Positions 42,971 to 53,234 of a DNA stretch of 64,000 nt are shown piece after piece. Below the pieces are notes generated by a model, which worked only from the letters and a program-made list of their open reading frames with translations, was not told the origin of the DNA and did not search any database. Where the stretch lies: NCBI GenBank assembly GCA_004431415.1, contig QPMI01000017.1, positions 186,001-250,000 on the forward strand. The letters run 5' to 3'. Both the position numbers and the translations under genes were made by a program. This stretch comes from Cyanophora paradoxa CCMP329. Taxonomy: Eukaryota > Plantae > Glaucophyta. Each line of letters opens with the position of its first letter. Within the stretch, counting starts at the first letter, position 1.

Positions 42971-45900
42971 TTACATAACGTTTGGAACATGTTCATATAT
43001 TCTCCCTTCTCGCTGTGCCATTTCCGCCATAAAGTCTCTGTCATTGTTCATCGTTTGCTCTGCCAATTCTTGTGCTCGTGATTTTTTGGGTGCTGCCCTA
43101 TTTGCTGGTGGTCGGTCAGTCCTCACTACACTAAGACCATGCCCCTCGGCTGATCTCACCTCTAACCCCACATCTCCTTCGGCTGTTTGGGTCACATTAA
43201 GCTCTGGTGTTGAGTATTTATTACCTGCTCCTGCAATGGTTCTATCTAAGCAAGCACAACACAAAGCTCGGAATTTGTATGCAAGCACAAGCCCAAGAGC
43301 ACCAAGAATAGGCAAGAGAATCATAAGCACTAACGTTCCTGGATCAGTTCCCGGTGCTCCGACTGGATTAGTAGGATTTGTGGGATTATTAGGTGGTGTG
43401 TTTGGATCTGGATCAGTTGTAGGGGGATCTTTTGAATCGGGATCTGGGTTAGGCTGGTTCGGATTGGGATCGTTTGGTGGCGGCTCTGTCGACCCTGCTA
43501 ATGATGTCGGCGCTGTGTATGCATTTGCAAACACGATGGGAGCCGTCGCTGGATTTCCTGTTGAAGACCCTGTGATTGCCCCATAGGTATCTGAGAGATA
43601 TTTATATAATTCCTGTGTCACAGGCGGATTACTCACAGATCGACACACCCAAATATTGCATGTGGTATCATAGACTGTGTCCCTGATAAAGGGCGGTAGA
43701 GCCGTCCCACTGAATGACTCAAAGAGTCCATTTCGCGATAGCAACCTATGTCCTGTATCACAATTTCCGCCCTCATAATATTTGGTAGCCGAAATCGCAC
43801 CTTGCACATAAATATTGCATGTCGAGTGCAATCCAATGTTATTTAGGTTAGGAGTGTATCTGTCATGGAGCCTTACAGTGCAAACCCACGGGGAAGCGGT
43901 TTTTATATATTTCTTATCGCCTGCTGTGATGATATCTGTGTTTGGGTGACTGTCAATTTGGGTAGCAATAGACTCATATCTGTAAGAGTAATAAACTAAG
44001 AGACCATCTGTGGAGGATGTAAAATAAAAGAAGTCTCTCATGAAGTCTGTGGATCCAAAGAAGTCAGCATTGGTCGATGTTAGGGTGACTTTGGGATAGC
44101 TCATGCTGACAGTCTCAGAAGGATATGGAATATAAGAGGTGTAATAGCGATTTAACAGATAATAGTAAAATCCATCTGAGACATTCGAGTGAGTGGGCAA
44201 GGTGACTGTTAAGGTCTTACTGCGATCCTCAAACGTTTTATGTATGACAATGTTGCAAGTATTAATGTATCGAGAATCGAAAAAGTAATTATTCGTTACT
44301 CGATTATCGATCAGAGTAGCATTGGTTCCATTAAATACGAAGTTCTGCCCATTGATCCTCGTAGTATGAATGTCGGTAACATCGAGAGGATACCTTATTT
44401 TTAATCGGTCTTCGGGGTCAAATCGCGGAATAGTTCCTGTTGCCTTCCAACTCACAGTGAAGGGAGGAGAAAGGGAAACTGCTGGGATAACAGAGAGATT
44501 AAATTTCGCAAAATACAACCCAACAGGGTATGATGTCAGAGCATATGTCACTGTTGCATTTCCGACAAGTGTGAAGCCGGTGGTTGTTATGTTAGTTGCA
44601 ACAAATGGGGAGTAGCCGGCTGGTGCATTTTGAAGTGATGTAGCTGACCCATCATTGACCACATACAAATTCGTGTCTGTTATTTCAATAGTAGGAGGGG
44701 AAACAAATGGTGTCTCAAATGTGAAATTAAAATTCGCTGGAACCCCTGCAAGATATCTATATGTTGTTGCTGATATCTCGGATGCCTGGAATACTTTGCT
44801 TCCACTCCGCACTACATTACTTGTGTCTTTCACATTGTGGTATGAGATGCTGGGAGTCGGGGAGAGCACCAACGAAATAGCATCTGGTAAATCAGACTTT
44901 GTAATATACAGTTCTTTAAGATACTCCTTTTTAAAAGGGGCGGTCAGATCTCCAATAGTAGCCGATGAACCTGCGACTACAATATTACAGGTGTTTGCAC
45001 TCAAAGAATAAACTGTGTTCCACCTTAAAGAGTTCGCGCCAAGATCGAAACTCTGTGAGAAGGGCACGATATTGCTACCTTGTAAATCTCGGTAAACCTT
45101 TACTCTGGGTTTGCTATCGAATTCAGGGGTGATATAATTGATGTTAAGAGTGAAACTAATAGTAGCTTCGGAAGTCAATAAGTTGTTTCGGATGATAAGT
45201 AAATTGTATGTCTCGTTAATGACAAACGAAACCTGAAACCCTGTGGAGGTGACATTTTGAATAAATGCTTTATTCGATTCATTATTGTTAGTGATAGGAT
45301 TATAATAAGTAGTGTGATCCACCAATGAAACAGTGGGTATAGTCGTCTCAAAACCTGTGACACCCAACTGATCCCAAGTGAATGTATATGTAGGTTTGCC
45401 TACATAAGCGACAAAGACCCCATTTGCAATCTGCTGAGGGTATCCCTCGACAGTGTAGGTCTCAGTTCGCGAAACCGAGCGGGAAAGGTTACTATTAAAG
45501 TCAGTGTAGCTGATCAGTGCATTTTCACTGGTGAGAATCTGATTAGGTCGGAGGGAGTGATTAAATGGAAGGATTAAATTGGAGGCAAACATGGAAACTC
45601 CATGCAACTCTGACCATCTCAGATTCGAGAGACCAATTCGGTATGCATTATCAATAGAAGGGTAAATGTTCCTTTTCGATAGAATATGGGCTAAGGTTAT
45701 TGCAAGCGCTCCATCTGCTGCAAACAGAGCATTAATTTCTGATTGCAAAGCCGCGATTTCGGTTGTGTGGGTCGTGAGGGTTCCATCCTGGCTGGAATCT
45801 TTGGTGTTCTTGCTCCTTTCAAACTCCAAAAACGCCTTTACGATGTCCTTGCCTAAAAGATCGTTTATATTGTCTCTGGTTATGTGAACATGGTCTGTTC

Positions 45901-46696
45901 TCAGTGCCTGTTTCTCTGTGGTAAAAGCCGGAATTTCTTCTGCAAATGATATAGTCGTTTTATCAAGTGCTAAGGATCTCACATTCGGAGCATTGGCGCC
46001 AATTATATCGACAACGTTCCCATTTTCGACAATTTCTAAGGTCGGTTTCGCGGGGTCTAATGTGAAAACACCCTCTGTTATCTGGGGAACCGATTCGCTC
46101 TTCTGAATCACAAAGGATTCGATGTTTAGGTTACAGGTTGCGACATTGGTGGCGAAAAACGACTCGGAGTTGAGCGAGTTTACATTTAGGGTATCCGTAG
46201 TGATGTTACTTGCTGTAATGTTACTCGTCGTAAGATTACCTGCTGAGAGATCATGGACGACCTCTACCTTTGTTTTCCGTGTGGATACTCCCGCTATAAG
46301 TGTGCTATTATCCACGATTCTCATAGCTGCATTTTGGAAACCGCTCTCATCTTGAATGAAGAAGTTTAAGCGACCTCTATCGAATGCTTTTGGGATGTTC
46401 CTGCGATTATATCGCACCGTTTTCGGTAGCTGGCGGGTTGCCTGAATGCTGGCGACTCTGTTTCGTTCGTTATCATCAAGTAAAAAGTCGATTCCAAGTT
46501 TATGATCCCCTTTCTCGACGTTCATTAACTGCAAAGCTGCGGGTCTGCTCGGTGTCCCACTGACTGGATCTTCGCGGTCTGCATTGTAATTTATTCTCAG
46601 AGACCCGCGAATTTCAGTGTTTACCTGATCAGTGTCCTCTATCTGAGTGGTCGAATTAATAACTCGTGCGTCTGGTCGCGGATTCAGGAACGACAT
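42971..46696 (-). CDS. Large fibre/spike-like protein with C-terminal Pro/Asn linker and transmembrane helix (~1241 aa; likely start MSFLNP at 46696)
   Basis: SNI/CNI shaft repeats, P....Y/FxLG....RW motifs, FTFETPFVSPPTI lectin-like domains, PPPNDPNPNQPNPDP linker, LVLMILLPILGALGLVLAY followed by CCAC. Confidence 0.75.
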   Translation of the reverse strand: MSFLNPRPDARVINSTTQIEDTDQVNTEIRGSLRINYNADREDPVSGTPSRPAALQLMNVEKGDHKLGIDFLLDDNERNRVASIQATRQLPKTVRYNRRNIPKAFDRGRLNFFIQDESGFQNAAMRIVDNSTLIAGVSTRKTKVEVVHDLSAGNLTTSNITASNITTDTLNVNSLNSESFFATNVATCNLNIESFVIQKSESVPQITEGVFTLDPAKPTLEIVENGNVVDIIGANAPNVRSLALDKTTISFAEEIPAFTTEKQALRTDHVHITRDNINDLLGKDIVKAFLEFERSKNTKDSSQDGTLTTHTTEIAALQSEINALFAADGALAITLAHILSKRNIYPSIDNAYRIGLSNLRWSELHGVSMFASNLILPFNHSLRPNQILTSENALISYTDFNSNLSRSVSRTETYTVEGYPQQIANGVFVAYVGKPTYTFTWDQLGVTGFETTIPTVSLVDHTTYYNPITNNNESNKAFIQNVTSTGFQVSFVINETYNLLIIRNNLLTSEATISFTLNINYITPEFDSKPRVKVYRDLQGSNIVPFSQSFDLGANSLRWNTVYSLSANTCNIVVAGSSATIGDLTAPFKKEYLKELYITKSDLPDAISLVLSPTPSISYHNVKDTSNVVRSGSKVFQASEISATTYRYLAGVPANFNFTFETPFVSPPTIEITDTNLYVVNDGSATSLQNAPAGYSPFVATNITTTGFTLVGNATVTYALTSYPVGLYFAKFNLSVIPAVSLSPPFTVSWKATGTIPRFDPEDRLKIRYPLDVTDIHTTRINGQNFVFNGTNATLIDNRVTNNYFFDSRYINTCNIVIHKTFEDRSKTLTVTLPTHSNVSDGFYYYLLNRYYTSYIPYPSETVSMSYPKVTLTSTNADFFGSTDFMRDFFYFTSSTDGLLVYYSYRYESIATQIDSHPNTDIITAGDKKYIKTASPWVCTVRLHDRYTPNLNNIGLHSTCNIYVQGAISATKYYEGGNCDTGHRLLSRNGLFESFSGTALPPFIRDTVYDTTCNIWVCRSVSNPPVTQELYKYLSDTYGAITGSSTGNPATAPIVFANAYTAPTSLAGSTEPPPNDPNPNQPNPDPDSKDPPTTDPDPNTPPNNPTNPTNPVGAPGTDPGTLVLMILLPILGALGLVLAYKFRALCCACLDRTIAGAGNKYSTPELNVTQTAEGDVGLEVRSAEGHGLSVVRTDRPPANRAAPKKSRAQELAEQTMNNDRDFMAEMAQREGRIYEHVPNVM

Positions 46697-46739
46697 CCTC
46701 TTTATAAACAAAGAAGATATATAAGAAGTATATAAGATA

Positions 46740-48233
46740 ATGAAGACCGTTTTATGTCTGAGTGGTGGAGGGTCGCGTGGAATAATCGAGGCTGCTATAC
46801 TGGCACAGATTGAAGCCCAAACCGGTAAACGAATCCAACAGCTATTCGACTGCTTTGCGGGAACATCCACAGGTGGATTAATCGCGCTCCTTTTGAATAT
46901 CAAGGGAACCGATGGCGCCCCTAAATATACTGCTACTGATATTCTGGCGCTCTACAAAGCGAAACTACCGCTGATTTTCGCGAATCCACGAGTGCTTACA
47001 TCGATTGTGCAACGCCCCAAGTATGAAGCCACGAATTTAGAAGCTGTGGCTCTGGAACTCTGCGGCTCAGCGACTATGGCGGATCTCTATAAACCCACCA
47101 TCGTGACTGCGTTCGACACGGTTCAAATGTCCCCCGTTTTTATTTCAAGCAATGATGAAGATATTAATGGGATGCTTGTGCGCGATGCTGCAAGGGCTAC
47201 CTCGGCTGCTCCGACCTATTTCGAGCCGAAACAAGTCACAGTCGCCGGAAGAACATACTGTTTAATTGATGGTTGCATGAGTGGAAATAATTCGCCCGGG
47301 GTTTGCGGCTACACATTCGCCCGCACTTTATTCGGAAACTCTTGCGAGGAGGAGCTTATCGTGGTCTCGATTACGGCGGGTCACGTCCAAGACTCTGATA
47401 AGGCGACATCTGGATATTCGTACGACACTATGAAAAATTGGGGGATCGTGCAATGGATGTTAGGCGCCACAGGATCGCCAATTCTCAGCATGTTCTTAGA
47501 GTCGAGCGATCTAAATGCCCACGTAAAGCTGCTGGAACTTTTACCCAGAAACGATGATCAGAATTACGATCGCTACTATAAGCTGAGCGTGCCTTTACCG
47601 AAAGATAAAATGACCCTCGATACTATCACAACGAGTCACCTGCAATATTTAGAAACGGAGGCGCTCGCCTTTGTTTCCGCACAGCAAACGTATTTTAATG
47701 CGATGTATTCAGTGCTGACGATGAATATCTCAGAGGGCGATGTTCCCATAATTAATCTGTCCGGGTGCACAGATGTAAGCGCACCCCCGGAGTCTAACTG
47801 GGTGCCGCTCGATAATAGCGCCTTTATTGCGGAATTTGGCACAGCTTCTGATGCCCGCTGGTCAAATGCTACGGGATGGGTGGGATTTACAAACCCGCCG
47901 CAAGGTAGTAGGTCGGGAGGCAATTACTTACGCATCGATTTCCCGCGTCTGTTTATGCTTTCCTCTATAAAAATGAAGCCGGCTGCGAATGGAAACTACA
48001 TTAAAACGTTTGAGATCGATTACCAATTAACTCCGGGAGTTTCGGCGCTTGTAACATACACAGAAGCCGGCGCGACGAGAGTGTTTACCAATGCAAATCA
48101 AATAGCCGGAAGTGCCGATCCTGACGAACATTTCTTAGCAAACCCGAGATCTGTGAGAACCCTCGTAATCTGGGTGCTTACTACGAATGTAGCTTCGGCA
48201 TGCCGAATTGATTTCGAGGGCTACTACGTGTGA
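46740..48233 (+). CDS. Patatin-like phospholipase fused to a C-terminal F5/8-type C (discoidin)-like domain
   Basis: LSGGGSRG, FAGTSTGG (GxSxG), ATSAAPTYF, LIDG; C-terminal NYLRIDF..LSSIK..YIKTFEIDY..F..N...ACRIDFEG. Confidence 0.88.
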   Translation: MKTVLCLSGGGSRGIIEAAILAQIEAQTGKRIQQLFDCFAGTSTGGLIALLLNIKGTDGAPKYTATDILALYKAKLPLIFANPRVLTSIVQRPKYEATNLEAVALELCGSATMADLYKPTIVTAFDTVQMSPVFISSNDEDINGMLVRDAARATSAAPTYFEPKQVTVAGRTYCLIDGCMSGNNSPGVCGYTFARTLFGNSCEEELIVVSITAGHVQDSDKATSGYSYDTMKNWGIVQWMLGATGSPILSMFLESSDLNAHVKLLELLPRNDDQNYDRYYKLSVPLPKDKMTLDTITTSHLQYLETEALAFVSAQQTYFNAMYSVLTMNISEGDVPIINLSGCTDVSAPPESNWVPLDNSAFIAEFGTASDARWSNATGWVGFTNPPQGSRSGGNYLRIDFPRLFMLSSIKMKPAANGNYIKTFEIDYQLTPGVSALVTYTEAGATRVFTNANQIAGSADPDEHFLANPRSVRTLVIWVLTTNVASACRIDFEGYYV

Positions 48234-48240
48234 ACAGCGC

Positions 48241-49086
48241 TTAATCGGTGATCACTTCGAGCTGGAACGAGTATGAGAGACCGTTTATATCCGCAACAGA
48301 GCCCCGCCATTTTCGAAGCGATATTGTGAGACGATCTAAATCGAGTTGCGATGTGACATTTACGAAAGGGATGCTTGCGCTCGGTTCGTGGTAAAAGGAA
48401 TATCTACCAAAGTCCGAGTTCATCTGAATTCGCAATAGATAGGAGTCGTCGAAATTGTTCTGTCTCCCAGTAACCGCTGCGAATTTGGTAAACGGGCGGA
48501 GCTCTTCGATATCAAGGTAAATATATGGAATTGCATTAAAGTCGACCATTTTCGGGCATATAATCGCGTAGCGACTGGGGTAATCTCTGAGTGGAACCGG
48601 CACTGGTTCTGGTGTGCTGGCGTAAACCACTCCGGGTTCTATGCCGAGACAGTCACAGAACTCCTGGTCTGAGGACTCTAATGTAAAAGGGCTATTCGGA
48701 GATGAGAACACGAAGCGGTTCGTAGACAGAGCGAGAGAATAGGAAACCGGGAAGAGACCGAATGGATTAAAAGAACCGCCCGCAAATCCGAGTAAAGCAT
48801 CACTGTTTAGAGCTCTCTCTTTCGGATATCGTTCGTTATCAGCATCGACGTAATAATAATCGTTTACGCTGGGAATCGGTGCTATCATTTTGGATGCGGG
48901 GATTACTGTGGGCTCTTCGTTAAGAAGCGTTATAGTTATTGTCTGATCGGGCGGAACAACATAAGAGCTATTAGGAATCTCAGCGGATAGCACACGAAAT
49001 CGTCGAACATTATTAAGGCGCGTTTTCAAGTGCAGCACGCCGTTTTCAAGGTCTCTACTGTCGCAATTTATTGTTATTCTTTTCAT
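48241..49086 (-). CDS. Minor capsid (penton) protein 1, element C
   Basis: ITINCDSRD..L..VRRFRVLSAEIPN...LDRLTISL...YSFQLEV. Confidence 0.78.
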   Translation of the reverse strand: MKRITINCDSRDLENGVLHLKTRLNNVRRFRVLSAEIPNSSYVVPPDQTITITLLNEEPTVIPASKMIAPIPSVNDYYYVDADNERYPKERALNSDALLGFAGGSFNPFGLFPVSYSLALSTNRFVFSSPNSPFTLESSDQEFCDCLGIEPGVVYASTPEPVPVPLRDYPSRYAIICPKMVDFNAIPYIYLDIEELRPFTKFAAVTGRQNNFDDSYLLRIQMNSDFGRYSFYHEPSASIPFVNVTSQLDLDRLTISLRKWRGSVADINGLSYSFQLEVITD

Positions 49087-49102
49087 AATCTATTATAGTA
49101 AG

Positions 49103-50029
49103 ATGAAAGAATACCTGAGCTTTTCGAGCGATGATCGCGACGAGGAGTTTACACAGCCAAACCAGTATGTAGTGACATTACCCCGTCGCTATGACAACGT
49201 AAAATCGGTGCGCCTGGTGCAGGCAACGGTTCCCAATGTTCTTTCGACCGTGACAAATGATATAGACGCCACTGGTGCAACCATCGAGCGCATGGAACTC
49301 TATTTCTCGGTCACAGCTTCGGATTCCGGATTCGTGACCATCACAATCCCCAAAGGATTTTACACCAAAGACGACCTTGCCGCAAAAGTCACAGAAAGAC
49401 TCGAAGCAGCTCGCCTTTCAGATTTCGGTGGAAAATATATTAAATGCCGCTATAATACTACTTCAAAGATCTATGAGTTTTTCAGTGATAGTAACTTTTG
49501 GTTCAAGTTCTCCAAAGCTTCCCCTGAAACACTCAGAAAATCCAGTAATCGCAAAGCAATCGCTAAGAAACTCGCAATATTCGGTTTCAAAGAAATTCAA
49601 CTATATGTTTACGAGACATTTACCCCTCTTGCAAGCGATACATTCCTTGTGTTTAATCCTGGGACGGGAACTGTGACACTCAATCGACGCATTCGCGGCT
49701 ATACTCGTGGAGATGAGACCCCGGCGGCGATGATCTGGCTATATATTGACGAATTTGCGCCGTTTATTCGCTCAGTCAACAAGCACGTCGATGGTTATTT
49801 CATGCGCATTCCAATCCCACAGGAACTCGAACATGGTGATATCTACCACTTCGACACGTCCACTACGGTGCCTCTCATTCGAGAATTCCGCGAATTAAAA
49901 TCGTTCGACCGCTTGACGATTAAACTCATCGACCATGATGGCGCTCTCTTAGATTTCGGGGTTTGGGCGCATTATTTCACTTTTGAAATCGAAACCTACG
50001 ACGCACCGCCCGAAATGAATTTCTACTAA
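49103..50029 (+). CDS. Minor capsid (penton) protein 2, element C
   Basis: FSSDDRD..NQYVVTLP..NVKSVRLVQATVPN..ITIPKGFY...FDRLTIKL..DG.LLDF..HYFTFEI. Confidence 0.8.
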   Translation: MKEYLSFSSDDRDEEFTQPNQYVVTLPRRYDNVKSVRLVQATVPNVLSTVTNDIDATGATIERMELYFSVTASDSGFVTITIPKGFYTKDDLAAKVTERLEAARLSDFGGKYIKCRYNTTSKIYEFFSDSNFWFKFSKASPETLRKSSNRKAIAKKLAIFGFKEIQLYVYETFTPLASDTFLVFNPGTGTVTLNRRIRGYTRGDETPAAMIWLYIDEFAPFIRSVNKHVDGYFMRIPIPQELEHGDIYHFDTSTTVPLIREFRELKSFDRLTIKLIDHDGALLDFGVWAHYFTFEIETYDAPPEMNFY

Positions 50030-50076
50030 GCCCTTTAAATTATTTTCTGATCCCAAAGATAAGAGAAGAAACGCTC

Positions 50077-51390
50077 ATGGAGACTAACAGCCAATTCCAG
50101 CGCCCAACGCTGAAATCTATGCTCACCACCGATGACTACAAGGATTATTTCCTAAACAAGTCGCTGGTCATTGGAACGTCCTCTGGCACTAAGCCACTTC
50201 GAGTTCTGGTCGCCCCCGATACCGAACCAACCAATGCCCTCGGTAACCGAGTAGTTTTCAAAATCCCCCGCTACCATTTCCTGAATGGTCTCGCGCTGCA
50301 ACTCGATCTTAACCCGATCACCCTCACTGATCTCACGAATGGTGTCGCTGGAACTACTGGCTACCTTCGCGTTATTGGATCGTTAATTAAGCGCATTGAA
50401 ATCTCTCACGCTTCATTCCGCTATGTTGTCCCGGAAGATTTCGTCACCCAGTATTTTCTACTGATGACTGAACAGGGCGAACTCGATAAGAAACTTCGCT
50501 ATGTGGGTGGTCTTGTCGGAACCGCTGGTAACACTGTCGGTGGAACCTACGAAATCGATTTACCCTCTCCTTTCGAGAAGGCGATGTTCCCACTTTGCGC
50601 TCTGAACTCTGAGATCACAGTAGAAATCGAATTCAAGGCGCAAGGGGATGGTATCATTGAGGATGTAAACAATGTTGCTAATATTGCGGTAACCAACAAT
50701 GGCGCTTCCCTTCAAGTGCTGAAACCCCGCGTTATTTGCAAGGTCGTAAATGCCGATGAGGCGGTTGTATCTGAGACCATTGCCCGTGTTAAATCGACTG
50801 GCATCGCGATCCCCTACAACGAAATCGGTTTCCTACACACAGATTTCCAGCCGACCGCCTCCGGTTCGCGAGTCAATCTCTCGCAACTCACAGGTGCGGG
50901 TCTCATCCACACTCTCGTATTCTCTGTGCGCCAAAACGCGAAGACGAAGGTGAACAATGGAACTCTCTCGGTTCTGGCTCCTCGTGCGCTCAGAACCAAC
51001 GCCGTAAGCTTCTATGTGGAACTCAACAATAACCGCCTTTACTCGAATACTTCGCTTCCTCTCATGATTGCCGCGACCGAACTTCAAGATAAATATAATT
51101 CGGCGATCTTTACCGAGAGCACAAGCTACCCCGCTCTCACTGGCATTTACTTCGGTGCTGGAAACGGAAAGGCGTCGCTTCTCAACCAAGAGAATACGGG
51201 CTACATCGATGCCACAGGCACATCGGCGTTCGATCTGGTCTTCGAATTCAACGGTGTCACAACGGCAGCCGAAGGTTCATCAGAATGGTATGCGGGTGCC
51301 GCTTATCAGAAGATGCAAATTCAGTGCATTGCCCTCGCCCACAACATCATGATAGTCGGAGCTGATGGTATTCGCAGAGTAAGTAGCTAA
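50077..51390 (+). CDS. Major capsid protein (element C)
   Basis: 437 aa; shares TLK.ML, FKIPR..LNG..L, FPLCAL, GLIH....VR and HNIM with the A/B MCPs. Confidence 0.82.
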   Translation: METNSQFQRPTLKSMLTTDDYKDYFLNKSLVIGTSSGTKPLRVLVAPDTEPTNALGNRVVFKIPRYHFLNGLALQLDLNPITLTDLTNGVAGTTGYLRVIGSLIKRIEISHASFRYVVPEDFVTQYFLLMTEQGELDKKLRYVGGLVGTAGNTVGGTYEIDLPSPFEKAMFPLCALNSEITVEIEFKAQGDGIIEDVNNVANIAVTNNGASLQVLKPRVICKVVNADEAVVSETIARVKSTGIAIPYNEIGFLHTDFQPTASGSRVNLSQLTGAGLIHTLVFSVRQNAKTKVNNGTLSVLAPRALRTNAVSFYVELNNNRLYSNTSLPLMIAATELQDKYNSAIFTESTSYPALTGIYFGAGNGKASLLNQENTGYIDATGTSAFDLVFEFNGVTTAAEGSSEWYAGAAYQKMQIQCIALAHNIMIVGADGIRRVSS

Positions 51391-51448
51391 GGAATTCGTG
51401 CGATTACCACAGTCAGTCTTATTTTTCTATTGTTTTTATAGTGAAAGA

Positions 51449-52315
51449 ATGCAAAAAGGGACGACGCCCATGGATCTCGAAGAATGGAACCCGAAACAGA
51501 GGGTGAAACTTCCCGCACGATTTCTCCTATTGGCGAAAACCAATTGTGGTAAATCGGTATTCTTAAAGTGGCTGATCAAAGAACTCGAAGACCAGATCTC
51601 GTATGTTCTGGTTTTCTGTCCTACGAGTTTTAACGGTTTCTGGGGTCAAATAACAGACGAAGTGCATGATACCTGGAAGCCGGAATATGTAGAGTCGATC
51701 ATAGAAGCCCGCAAAAAAGCTATCATCGCGGGTAAGAAACCAAAGAATATTCTCATCGTGCTCGACGATTGTTTGGAGTCCGGAACTATCGATCTCTCGC
51801 GCGATCATTTGCTAAATAAATTGATGGCGCAAGGTCGTCATACTTTTTGCAGCGTCGCTTTAATTTCGCAGAAACTAACAAAGCTATCAACCATCATTCG
51901 CAGTAATGCGGAGTATATCATATTCCTAAGCTGGTCAAACATGCGCGAATTCGAAGCATATCACGAGGAATTCGGAAACATGGATAAGGAGAGTTTTAAG
52001 CGCATGTTCCAAGAATTCTGTCATAGCTACCAAGCGATCATTCACGATAATACCGGGTATTCTGTGCGATGGTGGGTCGAAAAAGCCGATATGATCGATG
52101 ACCATCCGTTTACTAAATTCCACAAGCGGGCGGCTTTTGAAGAAAAGAAGCGCAAACAGCAAGAGGAGCAAGCGACAAAACCGCCGCCTGTCAAAGATTC
52201 GACAACTGTATGCAAAACTTTATCCAAATTTGAGCGTGAGCTTGAAGGTATCCCCAAACTTTCGCAAATTTCGCCCAAGAAAAAGAAAATGTTAATCAAG
52301 TGTAAGAAAAGATAA
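51449..52315 (+). CDS. Packaging ATPase (element C)
   Basis: Variant Walker A AKTNCGKS, ILIVLDD, QGRH. Confidence 0.88.
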   Translation: MQKGTTPMDLEEWNPKQRVKLPARFLLLAKTNCGKSVFLKWLIKELEDQISYVLVFCPTSFNGFWGQITDEVHDTWKPEYVESIIEARKKAIIAGKKPKNILIVLDDCLESGTIDLSRDHLLNKLMAQGRHTFCSVALISQKLTKLSTIIRSNAEYIIFLSWSNMREFEAYHEEFGNMDKESFKRMFQEFCHSYQAIIHDNTGYSVRWWVEKADMIDDHPFTKFHKRAAFEEKKRKQQEEQATKPPPVKDSTTVCKTLSKFERELEGIPKLSQISPKKKKMLIKCKKR

Positions 52316-52317
52316 TC

Positions 52318-53001
52318 ATGGTCTACCGAAAGAAGCCTCAAACCATTCAAACGGTCGCTTCTGGTAATCCTAATCGCGGACTTGAAGAGTCTGGATTAAC
52401 GTCGGGCGGCGGTCTCGAAATGCCCGAATATCTTATAGACACTTCGCCAGAGGAGGTCGCCAAGCAAGAGGCGATTATTGCGAGTGCCACCGCGGACAAG
52501 GGCAACCAAGATAGCGGTAAACGCCAAATGGAGGATTTAGCTACTGTAAAACCACAGATTGGAGGCGGCTCCGTCGATGAAGCAACCGACAAAGTAATTA
52601 AAGCGCAAGTTGTCGCAAGCCAGCACAAAACGCAAGACGTCCCGAAAGCCGCCGAAACTGAGCTCAAAAAGCGCGGATCCTATCAAAAACACACGGTTCC
52701 TGTAGACGTTGTCATGAGCTTCGAAGAGAAAGTGCGAGACCTTGAAATGAAAGTCTCTAACTACGAGAAATGGATGCAAGATTATAACGAACGCAAGAAA
52801 TTAAAGGGGCTCGTGAAGAAAGAGATCTCCAAACTCGGATTAAAGCAAAAAGTCGACGTAGAGGAGATTAAAAAGGAGGAAAAAACAGATGCACAAGCCG
52901 TTACTCGTCAGCAATCGGTCGCCCCGCAATATGCACATATAGTGCCGACTGCACCAGCGAATTTCGCGGCAATGCTCGGTGGTAAACGCCATATCCGCTA
53001 A
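52318..53001 (+). CDS. Hypothetical basic/coiled-coil protein, positional analogue of the A/B Lys-rich protein
   Basis: 227 aa directly after the ATPase; ends NFAAMLGGKRHIR. Confidence 0.65.
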   Translation: MVYRKKPQTIQTVASGNPNRGLEESGLTSGGGLEMPEYLIDTSPEEVAKQEAIIASATADKGNQDSGKRQMEDLATVKPQIGGGSVDEATDKVIKAQVVASQHKTQDVPKAAETELKKRGSYQKHTVPVDVVMSFEEKVRDLEMKVSNYEKWMQDYNERKKLKGLVKKEISKLGLKQKVDVEEIKKEEKTDAQAVTRQQSVAPQYAHIVPTAPANFAAMLGGKRHIR

Positions 53002-53234
53002 TGACTGTGAATATCCGCAAGGCAAAGCTGAACCCGCCCGTATTTAGAGCGTGTCTAAGCGGCACGCAAGCTTGCCTCGCGCAAGCGCTATGAACGCCCT
53101 TGCAAAACGGGCATGTGGGTTCTGTAAACAGCATTATAAGGTCGACCAACTCATAAGGAAACACACGAGCAAGCAATAGCCTCATTCCCTTTTATTTTCT
53201 CCGATATTTAATACGTTGCGTCCTTGTAGGATCG

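Noticed and set aside
46697-46903. N-terminal 69 aa of the 1310-aa ORF as a signal or TM region
   Set aside because: It is antisense overlap with the patatin gene; the AT-rich intergenic gap supports a start at 46696.
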